64,000 bases of DNA from contig NC_068986.1 of NCBI RefSeq assembly GCF_001194135.2, forward strand, positions 86,160,627 through 86,224,626, in the 5' to 3' direction. How positions within the stretch are numbered: position 1 is the stretch's first letter; every line of letters begins with the position of its first letter. The stretch is from Octopus bimaculoides (lineage: Eukaryota). Shown piece after piece: positions 24,751-37,944 of this stretch. The notes beneath the pieces were generated by a model. It made no database searches. It saw only the letters and a program-made list of their open reading frames with translations, and had not been told where the DNA came from. The position numbers and the translations under genes are program-made.

Positions 24751-25540
24751 TTTTCTACTGCGGCAGTGTTCGAAGCCATTTTCACATCATGGTGGAAGGC
24801 TAGGCTGTTTAATTTGAGTTATCTCCCAGCCATAATCTAGTTGATGTTTATGATCTTTTTTAAATGCTCGTGTTTTCGTATAGGAAATTACCATTTTGTA
24901 TCATTGACAAAAAAAAAAAAGGTTAAACATTCATAATCGATTTTTAAACCTTACTTGGCTGTCATTAGAGGTGTCGTACATCATTTGACAAACTCAGAGA
25001 TATATGATCTAATCTGGTTACACACTCAACAAATCTATAGCTACAGATCACTGAAGCTACTAACTTGCATCAGATAAATGTTTAACACCTTACTTGAAAT
25101 ATGGGAGTGTGAATGTGTGTGTATGTGTGTATGTGTGTGTGTTTGTGAATGTGTGAGTATGTGCGCATGTATTATTTGAAGTTGTTACTCTACGCCGAAA
25201 CTACAATGATTCTGCATCCTGTGGCTGAAGACACGCAATCTGTCTAGCTGTACCGCTTTCTTAATTGTTTTCTTACTTTGGTTCTGATATCACTCTCCTC
25301 CAATGCAAGTATATACATATATACACATACATTCTTAGAATCTTCTGTTTTTGTTTGCGTGTGTCTATCTCCATGTCTTCTATTATCTTCAATTCTCTTG
25401 GAAACGGTAATCTGTGATTATACTCTGACGTAGCTTCTCGAGAAATTGAGGGAATTAAAGTTGCAGACTCTCCATCTAGTTTTCTTTTACACACAACGAT
25501 CCATGCTCAGAAATGTGCGTGCACGTATACTTTAGTAAAA

Positions 25541-25610
25541 CTGACGATTGGAAGGACCTGGAAGACGAGTCGCAAGGAAAAGAATCCAGGCCAAGAAAGT
25601 AATATGCTGT
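25541..25610 (+). ncRNA. Degenerate hammerhead-like motif
   Basis: CUGACGA-UUGG..CCUGG...CCAGG-CCAA-GAAA-GUAAUAUGCU: core boxes and a long stem II present, but position 17 is G and there is no convincing stem I. Confidence 0.3.
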
Positions 25611-26189
25611 AGCTCATAGACTGATAAAACCTAGGGTTCACTATTTGTCGAACCAGAGCTCAGTTTTCAAGGAATATGAAAGTAAAACCAAGCATGGAGA
25701 CAAACAAGTGCAAAGAAAAGCATAAATATATAGACGTATGAATGTGTGCGCTTGCCTGTGAGTATGTGTGTGTAAAAGAGAGAGAGCAAGGGAGGGAGAC
25801 AGAAGGAGAGAGAGCGTGTGCGTGTGTGTGTGAGCGCGCGTATGTGTATTCATGAGAGAATGAAACGGTGTTTATTCCAGATTTTCCACTGAATGCAGTT
25901 GTCATTTGACAAGGAGTAACTGGTAACTGTAGAACGTATCCAATTTTAACTTGTTTCGACCCCGAAACTTAACAACTCCAGCCTACATAGTGGGTCAACA
26001 GCGGAAGTCCAGTCCTTGCTTACCACCTCCACATCCTCTTCCTTCTTCTCATTCTACTCATGGTTTCCTGTTCAGATCTTTTCTCTTGTTCCATATCCAG
26101 CTGGAGGCTTTCCCTTCAGTCTAGTTCAACTACCCTGTACCCAGCTGTCTCTCATTTTCTATCATTTCAATGAATACGAATATTCTCCA

Positions 26190-26960
26190 TACAGAATGTT
26201 ATAGGCAACCTCAGCTATCCATGTCTTACCTCTTATCAGCAATCTTTCAAACAATCTGGTATCTGCCTCTCTTCTGCTCAAAGGCTTCGTCATACTTTTC
26301 TTCCCAGAGGACACTAAGTTAATTCTAGATGAGTTTCGATTCTTCAGATGCCAGCACAACATTCGACCAAAGGACAGTCTCGATGATGTTTGCCCTAGTT
26401 TTACATTAATATTCCAAGAATCGACCGTTTGTAGAAGATTGGTTTATTCTTTTGGTTGATTGTTTTTCTCATCCAACTACACCGAGATCTTGATTCATGA
26501 TATTCACATCCCTTGTCTTTCATGCTTCTAGTTATTAGCAAGTGTCATAAACACCTTGTCATGAATAGTTTCTGGTAGAATTATGAGGTCATTGTACATA
26601 ATGCTTTGCAATATTTAGTTACATTCTGACAAGATGTCTGCCAGGATGCTACTCTTCGTAAAATAATATATGTGGCTGATCCTCTCATGTGCTTCAAATG
26701 TGGCGATTTTTTGACACGCTCCCAGCAGCGAAAAAAAAAAAAATTAAGGTAATGTTCCCATTGCCACGGATCCCCCCTATGTGCACTTCTTAGATAATTC
26801 CTATTTAGCCTGTCTCCTAGTTCACTAATTGTGGAGGTGATTAGATTTCCTTCTTCAACCTGATGCCGTATTTCCGTCTCGCTCATGATTTCTTTTTGGT
26901 ACCCGCTTGTCCTCAGTGTTGTCAGTGGAAACATCTTTGACTTTGCCTTCCATTGTTATA
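26190..26960 (-). mobile_element. Decayed RLE-type (Hero/NeSL-like) non-LTR retrotransposon, C-terminal part
   Basis: Minus strand gives KSKMFPLTTL..., DILSEC...HDKVFMTLAN, LLQTVDSWNINVKLG, VVLASEESKLI and LSVLWEEKYDEAFEQKRGRYQ (26318 downward; similar to ELTVPWEE..EEAFERK..KY). Many stops. Confidence 0.6.
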
Positions 26961-27135
26961 CCAATGACATCACGTAGCTCTATGTTTCCATTCTAAATTC
27001 AAATCTCGTTGAGGCCAGCGTAACCATTTATTTATTATGGCTGGTTAGAATAGAATACCGTCTATGTACTGGAGAACAGGATATTAACTAACTCATTTGA
27101 TTTCAAATTGCTGGCCCTAGATCTAAAACATCACT

Positions 27136-27182
<47 letters not shown>

Positions 27183-27335
27183 ACAGTTTAAATGTCCTCG
27201 AGGTCGAATTTGCCTTTCGTCAGTTTTGACGCCCCTGAAATTGCTGGTCTTGTGCCAAAATTTGAAACTAATATTATTATCATTATTATTATTGTTGTTG
27301 TTATTGTTGTTGTTTTTGTCCTCTTTATTAATCTA

Positions 27336-27485
27336 CCGTGGTCGACTTAGCCATTCATCCTTTCGGGGTCGATTAGATAAGTGCCAGTTACGTACTGGGG
27401 TTGATGTAATTGATTTAATCCTTTTGTCTGTCGTTGTTTGTCCCCTCTATGTTTAGTCCCCTGTGGGCAATAAAGACATAGATTA
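27336..27485 (+). mobile_element. SINE-B 3' part with alternative tail (..CCCCTGTGGGCAATAAAGACATA)
   Basis: Core GTCGACTTAGCCATTCATCCTTTCGGGGTCGAT, then TTGTCTGTCGTTGTTTGTCCCCTCTATGTTTAGTCCCCTGTGGGCAATAAAG plus (ATT)n. Confidence 0.85.
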
Positions 27486-27546
<61 letters not shown>

Positions 27547-27566
27547 CATTATTATCATTATCATCA

Positions 27567-27597
<31 letters not shown>

Positions 27598-29044
27598 NNN
27601 NNNNNNNNNNNNNNNNNNNNNNNNNNNNNNNNNNNNNNNNNNNNNNNNNNNNNNNNNNNNNNNNNNNNNNNNNNNNNNNNNNNNNNNNNNNNNNNNNNNN
27701 NNNNNNNNNNNNNNNNNNNNNNNNNNNNNNNNNNNNNNNNNNNNNNNNNNNNNNNNNNNNNNNNNNNNNNNNNNNNNNNNNNNNNNNNNNNNNNNNNNNN
27801 NNNNNNNNNNNNNNNNNNNNNNNNNNNNNNNNNNNNNNNNNNNNNNNNNNNNNNNNNNNNNNNNNNNNNNNNNNNNNNNNNNNNNNNNNNNNNNNNNNNN
27901 NNNNNNNNNNNNNNNNNNNNNNNNNNNNNNNNNNNNNNNNNNNNNNNNNNNNNNNNNNNNNNNNNNNNNNNNNNNNNNNNNNNNNNNNNNNNNNNNNNNN
28001 NNNNNNNNNNNNNNNNNNNNNNNNNNNNNNNNNNNNNNNNNNNNNNNNNNNNNNNNNNNNNNNNNNNNNNNNNNNNNNNNNNNNNNNNNNNNNNNNNNNN
28101 NNNNNNNNNNNNNNNNNNNNNNNNNNNNNNNNNNNNNNNNNNNNNNNNNNNNNNNNNNNNNNNNNNNNNNNNNNNNNNNNNNNNNNNNNNNNNNNNNNNN
28201 NNNNNNNNNNNNNNNNNNNNNNNNNNNNNNNNNNNNNNNNNNNNNNNNNNNNNNNNNNNNNNNNNNNNNNNNNNNNNNNNNNNNNNNNNNNNNNNNNNNN
28301 NNNNNNNNNNNNNNNNNNNNNNNNNNNNNNNNNNNNNNNNNNNNTATACATGTTTATATGTCTGCAAATTTACATGTGTATGTATACGTATATATATATA
28401 TATATATATATTCTTTTATTCTTTTACTTGTTTCAGCCACTTTGACTGCGGTTATGCTATATCCATACATGCATGCAGGCATACATACATACATACATAC
28501 ATACATACATACAAACATACATACATATATACATACATACATACATATGCATACACGTTCACTTGTATTAAGTAAAGTACTGTGTGAGGATAAATTTTAA
28601 ATAAGTTCCCATGTATGAGTTTGATAAGCATACATTTACCCCCATTTTGTAAATAAACCCCTTGACTTAAAGCACAGGGCTATTGCAGTAGAAAAATCTA
28701 AATAAACGCTTCACTAGTTGCACTTGATTTTTATCAGCACATCAGATGTGTTTACTTCATTTAAAAGAAAGCGGGACAGATACTGATATACTGAGAAACA
28801 CCATGAGACTGATAGACAGATAAAAAGAAAAACAAAGATATATGCAGACAGTCAGTGGTTTAGAAACATTTATTTAAACGGTACGTTGAATCACCGAGAG
28901 AGCTTTTATGCATTTGCGTATCATTACATTCACTGGTAGCGTGTATTAATCAAAGTGCTGAGACAGTGAATGAATGGAATGAGTGATGGAAAGTAGCTTT
29001 AATAGCGCATATGTTTTATATAGACACCTTGGCATATGCACATA

Positions 29045-29370
29045 TGCGAGGGCGTTGCTGTGTAGTAAGAAAACTTGCTTCCCAACCAGGTGTCTTCTAA
29101 TATAACCGCGGTTCGACCAAAGACTTGCGAATGTATTTAATAGACGGAAACTTAAAGAAACCCGTCGTATGCGTGTAGATGTGTGTGTATATGTGTTCCC
29201 GTTCTTCTTCCCGACCACCGCTTCACAAGTGGAAATGGTGTGTTTACTTGCTCGTAACTTAGTGGTTCAGCAAAAGACTGATAGAATAAGTACCAAGTTT
29301 TACAAAACACAAGTTCTTCAGGGCAGTGCTCCAGCATGGCCGCAGTTTATTGAATGGAACAAGTAAAACA
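29045..29370 (+). mobile_element. SINE-A, diverged with internal deletion
   Basis: GTTGCTGTGTAGTAAGAAAACTTGCTTCCCAACCA head; GTGCTCCAGCATGGCCGCAGT tail. Confidence 0.85.
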
Positions 29371-29399
29371 TTGAAAATTATTTATTCTATATCTACTCA

Positions 29400-29605
29400 T
29401 TTACTAGTTTAAATCATATGACTGTGGCCATGCTGGAGCACCGCCTTTAGTCGAGCAAATCGACTCCAGGACTTATTCTTGGTAAGCCTAGTACTTATTC
29501 TATCGGTTTCTTTTGCCGAACCGCTAAGTTATAGGGACGTAAACACACAGCATCGGTGTTGGGGGGGGGTGCTCTTGAACAACACAGGCACTGACATAGA
29601 CACCC

Positions 29606-29688
<83 letters not shown>

Positions 29689-29857
29689 CATCGATATGAC
29701 GGACCTCTTTCAGTTTCCGTCTACCAAATCCACTCACAAGGCCTTGGTCGGCCCGAGGCTATAGTAGAAGACACTTGCCCAAGGTGCCACGCAGTGGGAC
29801 TGAAGCCGGAACCATGTGGTTGGTAAGCAAGCTACTTACCACACAGCCACTCCTACG
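29400..29857 (-). mobile_element. SINE-A, full length, little diverged
   Basis: Reverse complement of the full SINE-A, with an internal (TA)n of about 70 bp. Confidence 0.95.
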
Positions 29858-30804
29858 CGTATTTGTACATTTTGCTCTTAAATGGAATTGTATTTTTAGT
29901 TTACCTGATAAATATTGTATTCCTAGTTCAAATAATAGGCGATAGTCGGTTTTTGTTCTTGCACAGGTTCTGATCCTAGCCTGTTGACATGATTTATTTT
30001 ATTTCTTATATATTTTACCCTAGGCTTCTCAGCTTAAAAAAAAAAAAAGATATATAATTGGTACAAAGGATTTTAATCAATACTGAACTACACGTTAAAA
30101 TATTTCACCATAAACATGACCTTCTACATGTCAATATCCCACGATGTATCTGAGTTGATCTAGATTACGAAATTTCGCTATTTTGTAAATGCTTTAATTT
30201 TCTTTTCCAGGACGGAAAAATTCTGCTTAATGGATAAATGTGTCTTATCAACATTACGATCTAGTTGGTGCAAATTTGTATCTGGAAAGTTGTACTAGTC
30301 AGCAAACAAGATCACACATAACATGTTCAAATTCCGTTTACTCTGTGACAAGATTACTATTTCATACTATATATCATATTTTACTAGTCTTAAAGCTGTG
30401 ATTATCTAACAGTTGATTATCTATTTTCTGATGTAAGTAACCGATGTTCAAATCTTGTTCTCACCATTGGAAGTGTTTTGTAAATATTTTACATAACACT
30501 ATTCAAAGTGTCTAAAAAGCTAATGGAAACAGGTTATAGTTTTCCCTACAAAGTCTTATATTGCAAATGATTCAAATATGTCCATATTATACCACGGTTT
30601 AGGATGCGTCATCCAATGTGTAATTTTGATTGCGAATTCTTGTTACGGACTGAAGTACTGTTTTATTTTATTAATTTTTACTCCTTCAGATTCCATTGCG
30701 TAAAATATTCAGGTTAATGTATTCCATATCAATGTACCTAATTCAGCTAGTTATTTATATGTTATTATTTTATTGGTTAGCATAATGCACTCTTCATATA
30801 TCAG

Positions 30805-31008
30805 TTTCAAATTTAGGTAAAAGTGCAGGAATTACAAGGAAGAGAATAACTTTATTACATCGACTCCAATGCTCAACTAGTACTTAATTTATCGTCTTCG
30901 AAAGGATGACAGGCTTCATCCGAATTTGAATTCATTGCCTAAAAGGAGAGACGAAATACTGCTAATCGTTTTGCACGGCGTGCGAACGATTTTGCTAACT
31001 CGCCACCT
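30805..31008 (-). mobile_element. SINE-B, diverged
   Basis: Plus strand TACTTAATTTATCGTCTTCGAAAGGATGA...CCGAATTTGAATTC...CGGCGTGCGAACGATTTTGCTAACTCGCCACC. Confidence 0.8.
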
Positions 31009-31550
31009 TACTAACTCTGTTGATATATCACAACTTGTTCGAACTCACGTCATAACATTAAATTTGTGTCGAAATGAATTTACCTTACAAAAACATGAGA
31101 CCAGTAATGAAATTAAATAAACATTGGAAAAATCCCGACTCCACCGTTGCATATTTTGGTAAACTGCATCTGAAGTAACCCCGAGCCTCCAGAAACGGCT
31201 GTCGGATTTGTTACACCATACCTCTCCTTTCTGATTTTCTGTGTGTTTGTACTCTGTGTTAGTTTGCTCTGTAAATAACTGACTATATATTTATACTTGA
31301 ATATTCGCCATCTGAAAATTGTCAGCCTTTCCTTTTTCTCTCGTTACATGTATACAGGTATACATATAATTCTATATCTAATCCAAGCAACTTTATTTAC
31401 TTTCTTGCACCCCCAGGCATCTGCATAAAAAGACTACTTGATGCAAACTTCAGGCATCAGTCTGCCGATCGGTGTCAGGCAATGCAGACGTACTATCACT
31501 TGACGCGTCTTTCTTTTGCAGTGCGTCTCCCCTGTTCATCGACCTTTGCG

Positions 31551-32248
31551 ATGGCTGAAACGAAGGCACAGCATGCTTCCGTGAAATTATGTTTGCTGCT
31601 TAGGAAAATGGCGGTCGGAACCACTGCCATGCTTCAAACAGCTTACAAGGATGCTGACACGAGTAGAACACACGTTTACGAGTAGTTTCCATGCTTTAGG
31701 AATGGTCACTTGTCGCTTGAACATCAATTTCGTTCAAGGTGACCGTCAACCTCCCGAACGAATGAAAATATGAAAACTCATGAACTGATCTTGGAGGACC
31801 GTCACCGAAGCATTGACGAATATCTTGATATGGCTGGTGAGTCCTGGAGTTGCTGCCAACGAATGTTGAGCAAGGTTTTGCGAATGAAAAGAGTTGCAGC
31901 AAAATTTATGACTCGCTTGTTCACAGAAGATCAAAAGCAGTCAAGACTGAATGCGTGTAGTGAACTGAAAGACCAGCTGGAAGTTGATATGGACCATTTT
32001 TCAAAGGTCATCGCTAATGGCGAAAGCTGGTGCTACGGTACTTGCAGTGAAGGAAAAAACGACGGAGGCGTTAAAAGGCATCACTTCACAAGAGTTCCAG
32101 CACTGCTTCGAATAGTGGAAAACGCATCTGGACCGATGCATTGCTTCAAATGGAGAATGCTTTGAAGACGATAGAAGTGAAAACGTATAAAACTCAGTGA
32201 ATAAAATAATATTGCGAAATTCCGGCTTCGTTTGGGTAACCTCAGGTA
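31551..32248 (+). mobile_element. Internally deleted mariner element (transposase N-terminus fused to C-terminus)
   Basis: MAETKAQHASVKLCLLL...ELILEDRHRSIDE...MKRVAAKFMTRLFTEDQKQSRL...FSKVIANGESWCYG, then directly VKEKTTEALKGITSQEFQHCFE*WKTHLDRCIASNGECFEDD. Right end AAATTCCGGCTTCGTTTGGGTAACCTCAGGTA is TIR-like. Confidence 0.88.
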
Positions 32249-33507
32249 TATAATGTCCTTGAGTAATGCATTTCCTATTACGTTGCATTTGTTCAGCCGA
32301 TTGCTGCAGCTGCTCCCTCTCTTCTCGCTTTATTTGAGTACGATAAACACCGATCTGTGTTGACATGGTGCTGTGTATTTTAGCTCACTTGAGCCCCAAA
32401 CTGAGCTTAAATAGTTGACTGCCAACAAAAAGTTGCAGTTTTACCGATTGGAGTGGATAGAGTCATATCAATATTATATAGCTGCAACACCCTATGTTAA
32501 TTCTTATACACACAAGCATGCATAGACATACAACTGATACACTCATACGCATCTACACAGACGCGCGCACTCTCTAAAAGCGTACCATATTAAAAGGGAT
32601 AACATTAAAGAAAATGACGAATAGAATTCAAGCAAATATCAATTATATCAAATAGGATTATATAAAAAAATATTCCAGCTTTATTGATGATATTTAGTCC
32701 CAGTTTATCACGAACTAGGAGATTTATGATCAAAGACGTTCCTATTCTGATCTTATTGTGTATTACGATCTCGATTATTCCCTTCTGTGGAATTTGTGAC
32801 AGAGTTGGCTGCTATTTCAGACATATTCAGCAATCGTGCAGAGACCTCCGCTTTGGTTCATATCAGCTGACGTTAGATTCTGAATTACATCATCTCTCAT
32901 ACTTTCTATGAATGGCTGCGTTTATTTTGTTTTGCTGCTTTTGGTGTATTTATTTTTGTTCTGTAGTTCTTTTTAATGTTTTGTTCCTTAAAGAAACGTT
33001 ATTCAACAATGTCTGTGGGAAGACGAATCGGTGGAAAATGCACATTTGGTTTAAACTGTAGCACGCATAGAGTTGCGAAGGGGTGAGATAGAGTATCAGA
33101 TGGAATGGAGGGTGAGAGTGATTAAGGGTGAACGGGATGGATGGAAGCAAACGAGACGTCGAGAATTAAAAGGCAAACAGAAAAAAGAGAAGGAATTGTA
33201 GGTGTCTGTTAGTTTGTATTTGATGTACGACCGCCTGTGGATCCATGTGCGTGCATATAGTCAGCTTTAGCACTTAGACACAAACACTATCACACAAAAT
33301 TATGCATATACACATGCTCACACACACAGAGACACACAGAAATATGTTTGTGACTGTGTGTGTGTCTGTGTGTGTATATGTGAGTAGGTAACTAGATAGG
33401 TAGTTAAGTAGATAGGTATATATATGTACACAGACGTACACTCATATATATTTATACCTGTTGTGTCTGTTAGATCATGTATATATATATATATATATAT
33501 ATACATA

Positions 33508-33545
<38 letters not shown>

Positions 33546-34379
33546 TCGTTGATACGGTTACCGAGAGTACGAAAACAGTTAAAACAGAAAGACAAAAGGA
33601 CTTGGAAATATGATAATTGGACGTAGAAAACTAGGACGTGCTAATAGTAGGTGCATGTGGGTGGAAAAGCTGATATAGTGGATAACGCATGAGTATATGA
33701 ATATCTACGTTCATGTAGTGATCTCTGTTTATAAATGACGTGACCCACAACTATGCTATCACATCTCTCCGTCTTTTGCGCTATTATGTCCACTGATCAG
33801 CAAACAGGCGAGAAACTTAGTTCCACAATGCAGGAACCCCTGAACCACTCCTACCTCCCCCACGCATCACTATTGTTATATCCAACCTCCTTTGCAGCTT
33901 CACCCTAGGACCTATCCAGAACAACGGTCCTTTGCAATCATCTGCTTGCTCATGTATTATCTGCAGCGATTCACTTCCAACAGTCGAAACGTTACATCGA
34001 CAGTACCAAGTACAGTAGTCTTGAAGAACCAAATACTCAAATCAATGATAAAAAAAAATTTCAAGCGTTAAAACCCCTCTCTTTTCTTATTTGCACGGGA
34101 GCCAATGTTAAATGTATATCATCAAAAATGTAGAGCGTGATTCCGAGAATTTTAGCTGCTATTTCTAAAAGGTCGAGCAAGCATGCAGCAGCTGCCTCTT
34201 TTGGTAGGTCAACTTATTGTTGTTGTAGTTGCTGAATTTGATGTTGCTGTTGATCCTGATGTCGGTTGTTTATTCGCGAGTGTAAATAACTGCTTCTGGC
34301 GAAAACACTTCTGGTTTTGATATTTTCTTTGATATTTCTTACTTATATACATTCAAACATTCCACGAGCCACCATTTCG

Positions 34380-34455
<76 letters not shown>

Positions 34456-34751
34456 CATCATTATTTATTATTTTCTATTTATGTTTGGTGCAGAGACTGC
34501 TGCTCCGCCCTAACTATCTAAGTTGATATGCATCAAATGGAAATTCAAATTTAGCTTCGGAAAATGGAAGGATAATGTGAATGTGAGTGTCTATCAATTC
34601 GTGTTTGGATGTGTGTATGTGTCCGTGTGTGTTTGTGAATGTATGTATATATATGTGGGTGTATGCGGGCGGTTCGTGTGCATGTGCAAAGCCAAAACTT
34701 ATCTGTACATACATAAACATAATTATGACATGATTGTGTGCATATGTATGC

Positions 34752-35058
34752 ATGTGGCACATTGGGCAAGTGTCTTCTACTATAGCCTCGGGCCGACCAT
34801 AGCCTTGTGAGTGGATTTGGTAGACGGAAACTGAAAGAAGCCCGTCATATATATGTATATATATATGTGTGTGTGTATATGTTTCTATGTCTGTGTTTGT
34901 CCCCCCAACATCGTTTGACAACCGATGCTGGTGTGTTTACGTCCCCGTAACTTAGCGGTTCGGCAAAAGAAACCGATAGAATAAGTACTAGGCTTCCAAA
35001 GAATAAGTCCTGGGGTCGATTTGCTCGACTAAAGGCGGTACTCCAGCATGGCCACAGT
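34752..35058 (+). mobile_element. SINE-A, 5'-truncated, runs into a gap
   Basis: TGGCACATTGGGCAAGTGTCTTCTACTATAGCCTCGGGCCGACC...CTCCAGCATGGCCACAGT. Confidence 0.9.
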
Positions 35059-37515
35059 NNNNNNNNNNNNNNNNNNNNNNNNNNNNNNNNNNNNNNNNNN
35101 NNNNNNNNNNNNNNNNNNNNNNNNNNNNNNNNNNNNNNNNNNNNNNNNNNNNNNNNNNNNNNNNNNNNNNNNNNNNNNNNNNNNNNNNNNNNNNNNNNNN
35201 NNNNNNNNNNNNNNNNNNNNNNNNNNNNNNNNNNNNNNNNNNNNNNNNNNNNNNNNNNNNNNNNNNNNNNNNNNNNNNNNNNNNNNNNNNNNNNNNNNNN
35301 NNNNNNNNNNNNNNNNNNNNNNNNNNNNNNNNNNNNNNNNNNNNNNNNNNNNNNNNNNNNNNNNNNNNNNNNNNNNNNNNNNNNNNNNNNNNNNNNNNNN
35401 NNNNNNNNNNNNNNNNNNNNNNNNNNNNNNNNNNNNNNNNNNNNNNNNNNNNNNNNNNNNNNNNNNNNNNNNNNNNNNNNNNNNNNNNNNNNNNNNNNNN
35501 NNNNNNNNNNNNNNNNNNNNNNNNNNNNNNNNNNNNNNNNNNNNNNNNNNNNNNNNNNNNNNNNNNNNNNNNNNNNNNNNNNNNNNNNNNNNNNNNNNNN
35601 NNNNNNNNNNNNNNNNNNNNNNNNNNNCGGAGAAAGTGTGTGTGTGTGTTTGTGTGTGTATGTGTGTGCGTGTGTGTGTGTGTTTGTGTTTTTTATGTGT
35701 GTGTGTGTGTGCGTGCGTGTGTGTCTGTGTGTGTGTGTCTGTATTTGTGTGTGTGCGTGTGTGTGTGTGTGCGTGTGTGTGTGCGTGCGTGTGTGTGCGT
35801 GTGTGCGTGCGTGTGAAAAAAATGTGTTCAAGAGATATAATCAGAATGGTCAGTTGCATGTATTTCAACAATATAAGCAAATATAGGTATATTAAATATA
35901 AGAAGGAATGAATTCTTGATTTATGAAGATTAATTCCGCCTGTGGTGGACTTGTTATAGTTACCACATATCAGCTAGGGATTCCACCAACTTCATTATCG
36001 AAGGTGTGTAGAAACTCCTACTTGGAGTCTTCACTCCTTATCTTTTTGCAGGTAAAAACAATGAAATTTCACACCGTGGATTTACAAGCACCTGCGACAC
36101 CGCTGTCACTCGTCCTATTGGAGACTTGTTCTTTATAGTTATTCATTTTACAAAACAGAAATGCGTGTGCTTGTATATGTGTGCATCTTTAGCCTAGTGT
36201 ACATGTGCGTGAAACGTCTGTCTACATGTGTGTGTACTGTGTGTGAGTGTGTGTGTGTGTGTGTGGTATGAATGTGTGCATCGATATCGTTGTTAACCGT
36301 ACCATTGAAATTGTTCGAATTAAAGTCATTAATATCCGTTAAGTTGACCGCTTGTTCTTTCATATATCCGGCTATATAACTGACATTCTTTTCTCCTTAA
36401 TTCTTTTCCCGAGATGCTGCGACCAATTTATTTATATTTATTATTTTACTTTTTCTGTCGGTAGGTTGTTTTTATCTGGAAGCAATCCCTCTTATGCTGA
36501 AGGTAAATATAATAAAATTATGTTAAAAAATGACAAAAGCTCAGGCCCGATGTCTTTACTAATACGGAAAACGTCCAAATTGTTCCACATGGATTCCATC
36601 AAGAAAATTCTACATAAGAGAAGTTTTGTCTTTTTTTCTTCTTTTCTCTTCAGCTGTCATGGAAAAAAAATCTAAATTTCCTGGTGTGCAAAAAAGTACA
36701 CTCGAATGAATAACAGCAACAGCAACAAAATTGGCGACGGGAATGAATATGATGATGACAACGTTGATAATTTGATCAAGACGATGATGATGATGACAAT
36801 GAAGATAATGTTTTATATTGGCACAACACCAGGAATGAATACTAAGAAAGAACAACCTATGGTATGCAATTTAGTAAATCACCGGTGAATTACTCTATTG
36901 ACCCCGGAAAGAATGTGGACCGTATTCGACCCTGGCAGCGCTTGGACAATAAATATATGTACTAAAATAAGAATAAATACGAATACTATCGTCACAAATA
37001 TTATTTTAAAACGCTCCGAAAAGGAATTAACATGAGAAGGATAAAGTTTGAAGACAAAGTATATTATGAAGGAAATATAAAAGGAAAAGAAGGAAGGGAT
37101 AATGAGTGAAATAATGCACGAATGAGAGGAAGAAATAATAAAAAGAAAATGAAAACGAGAAGGAATGAAAGAGAGTCGGTAGCAATTATAATTTTTCGCC
37201 TAACATCTGGATCTAATGGTTTTTAATGTTTATATTTTTCCTTTTATCTATATATGAGTTATATCGGCATCATTGGGGAAATAAATCTTTTACAGCTCTG
37301 TTTAGGCCTATCAGTTTTCTCAATAGAAAGCACGGCCCTGTTGCTTTTTGCCCTCATCTCCCTCAGGTTCTTTCTCTCTATCTTCTTTCTCTCTATCTTC
37401 TTTCTCTCTCTCTGTCACTCTTTCTCTCTATCTCTCTCTCTCTCTTTCTCTTTCTCTCTCTCTCTCTCTTTATATCTATATATATTTATAAAACATACAC
37501 ATACATATATAAGCG

Positions 37516-37557
<42 letters not shown>

Positions 37558-37907
37558 NNNNNNNNNNNNNNNNNNNNNNNNNNNNNNNNNNNNNNNNNNN
37601 NNNNNNNNNNNNNNNNNNNNNNNNNNNNNNNNNNNNNNNNNNNNNNNNNNNNNNNNNNNNNNNNNNNNNNNNNNNNNNNNNNNNNNNNNNNNNNNNNNNN
37701 NNNNNNNNNNNNNNNNNNNNNNNNNNNNNNNNNNNNNNNNNNNNNNNNNNNNNNNNNNNNNNNNNNNNNNNNNNNNNNNNNNNNNNNNNNNNNNNNNNNN
37801 NNNNNNNNNNNNNNNNNNNNNNNNNNNNNNNNNNNNNNNNNNNNNNNNNNNNNNNNNNNNNNNNNNNNNNNNNNNNNNNNNNNNNNNNNNNNNNNNNNNN
37901 NNNNNNN

Positions 37908-37944
<37 letters not shown>

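Noticed and set aside
26328-26347. CTGAAGA-ATC-GAAAC on the minus strand
   Set aside because: It lies within the Hero-like coding remnant (LASEESKLI) and has no stem II or stem I, so it is coincidental.
36035-36140. Acceptor-like CTTTTTGCAG followed by an open frame
   Set aside because: No donor site and no recognisable peptide.
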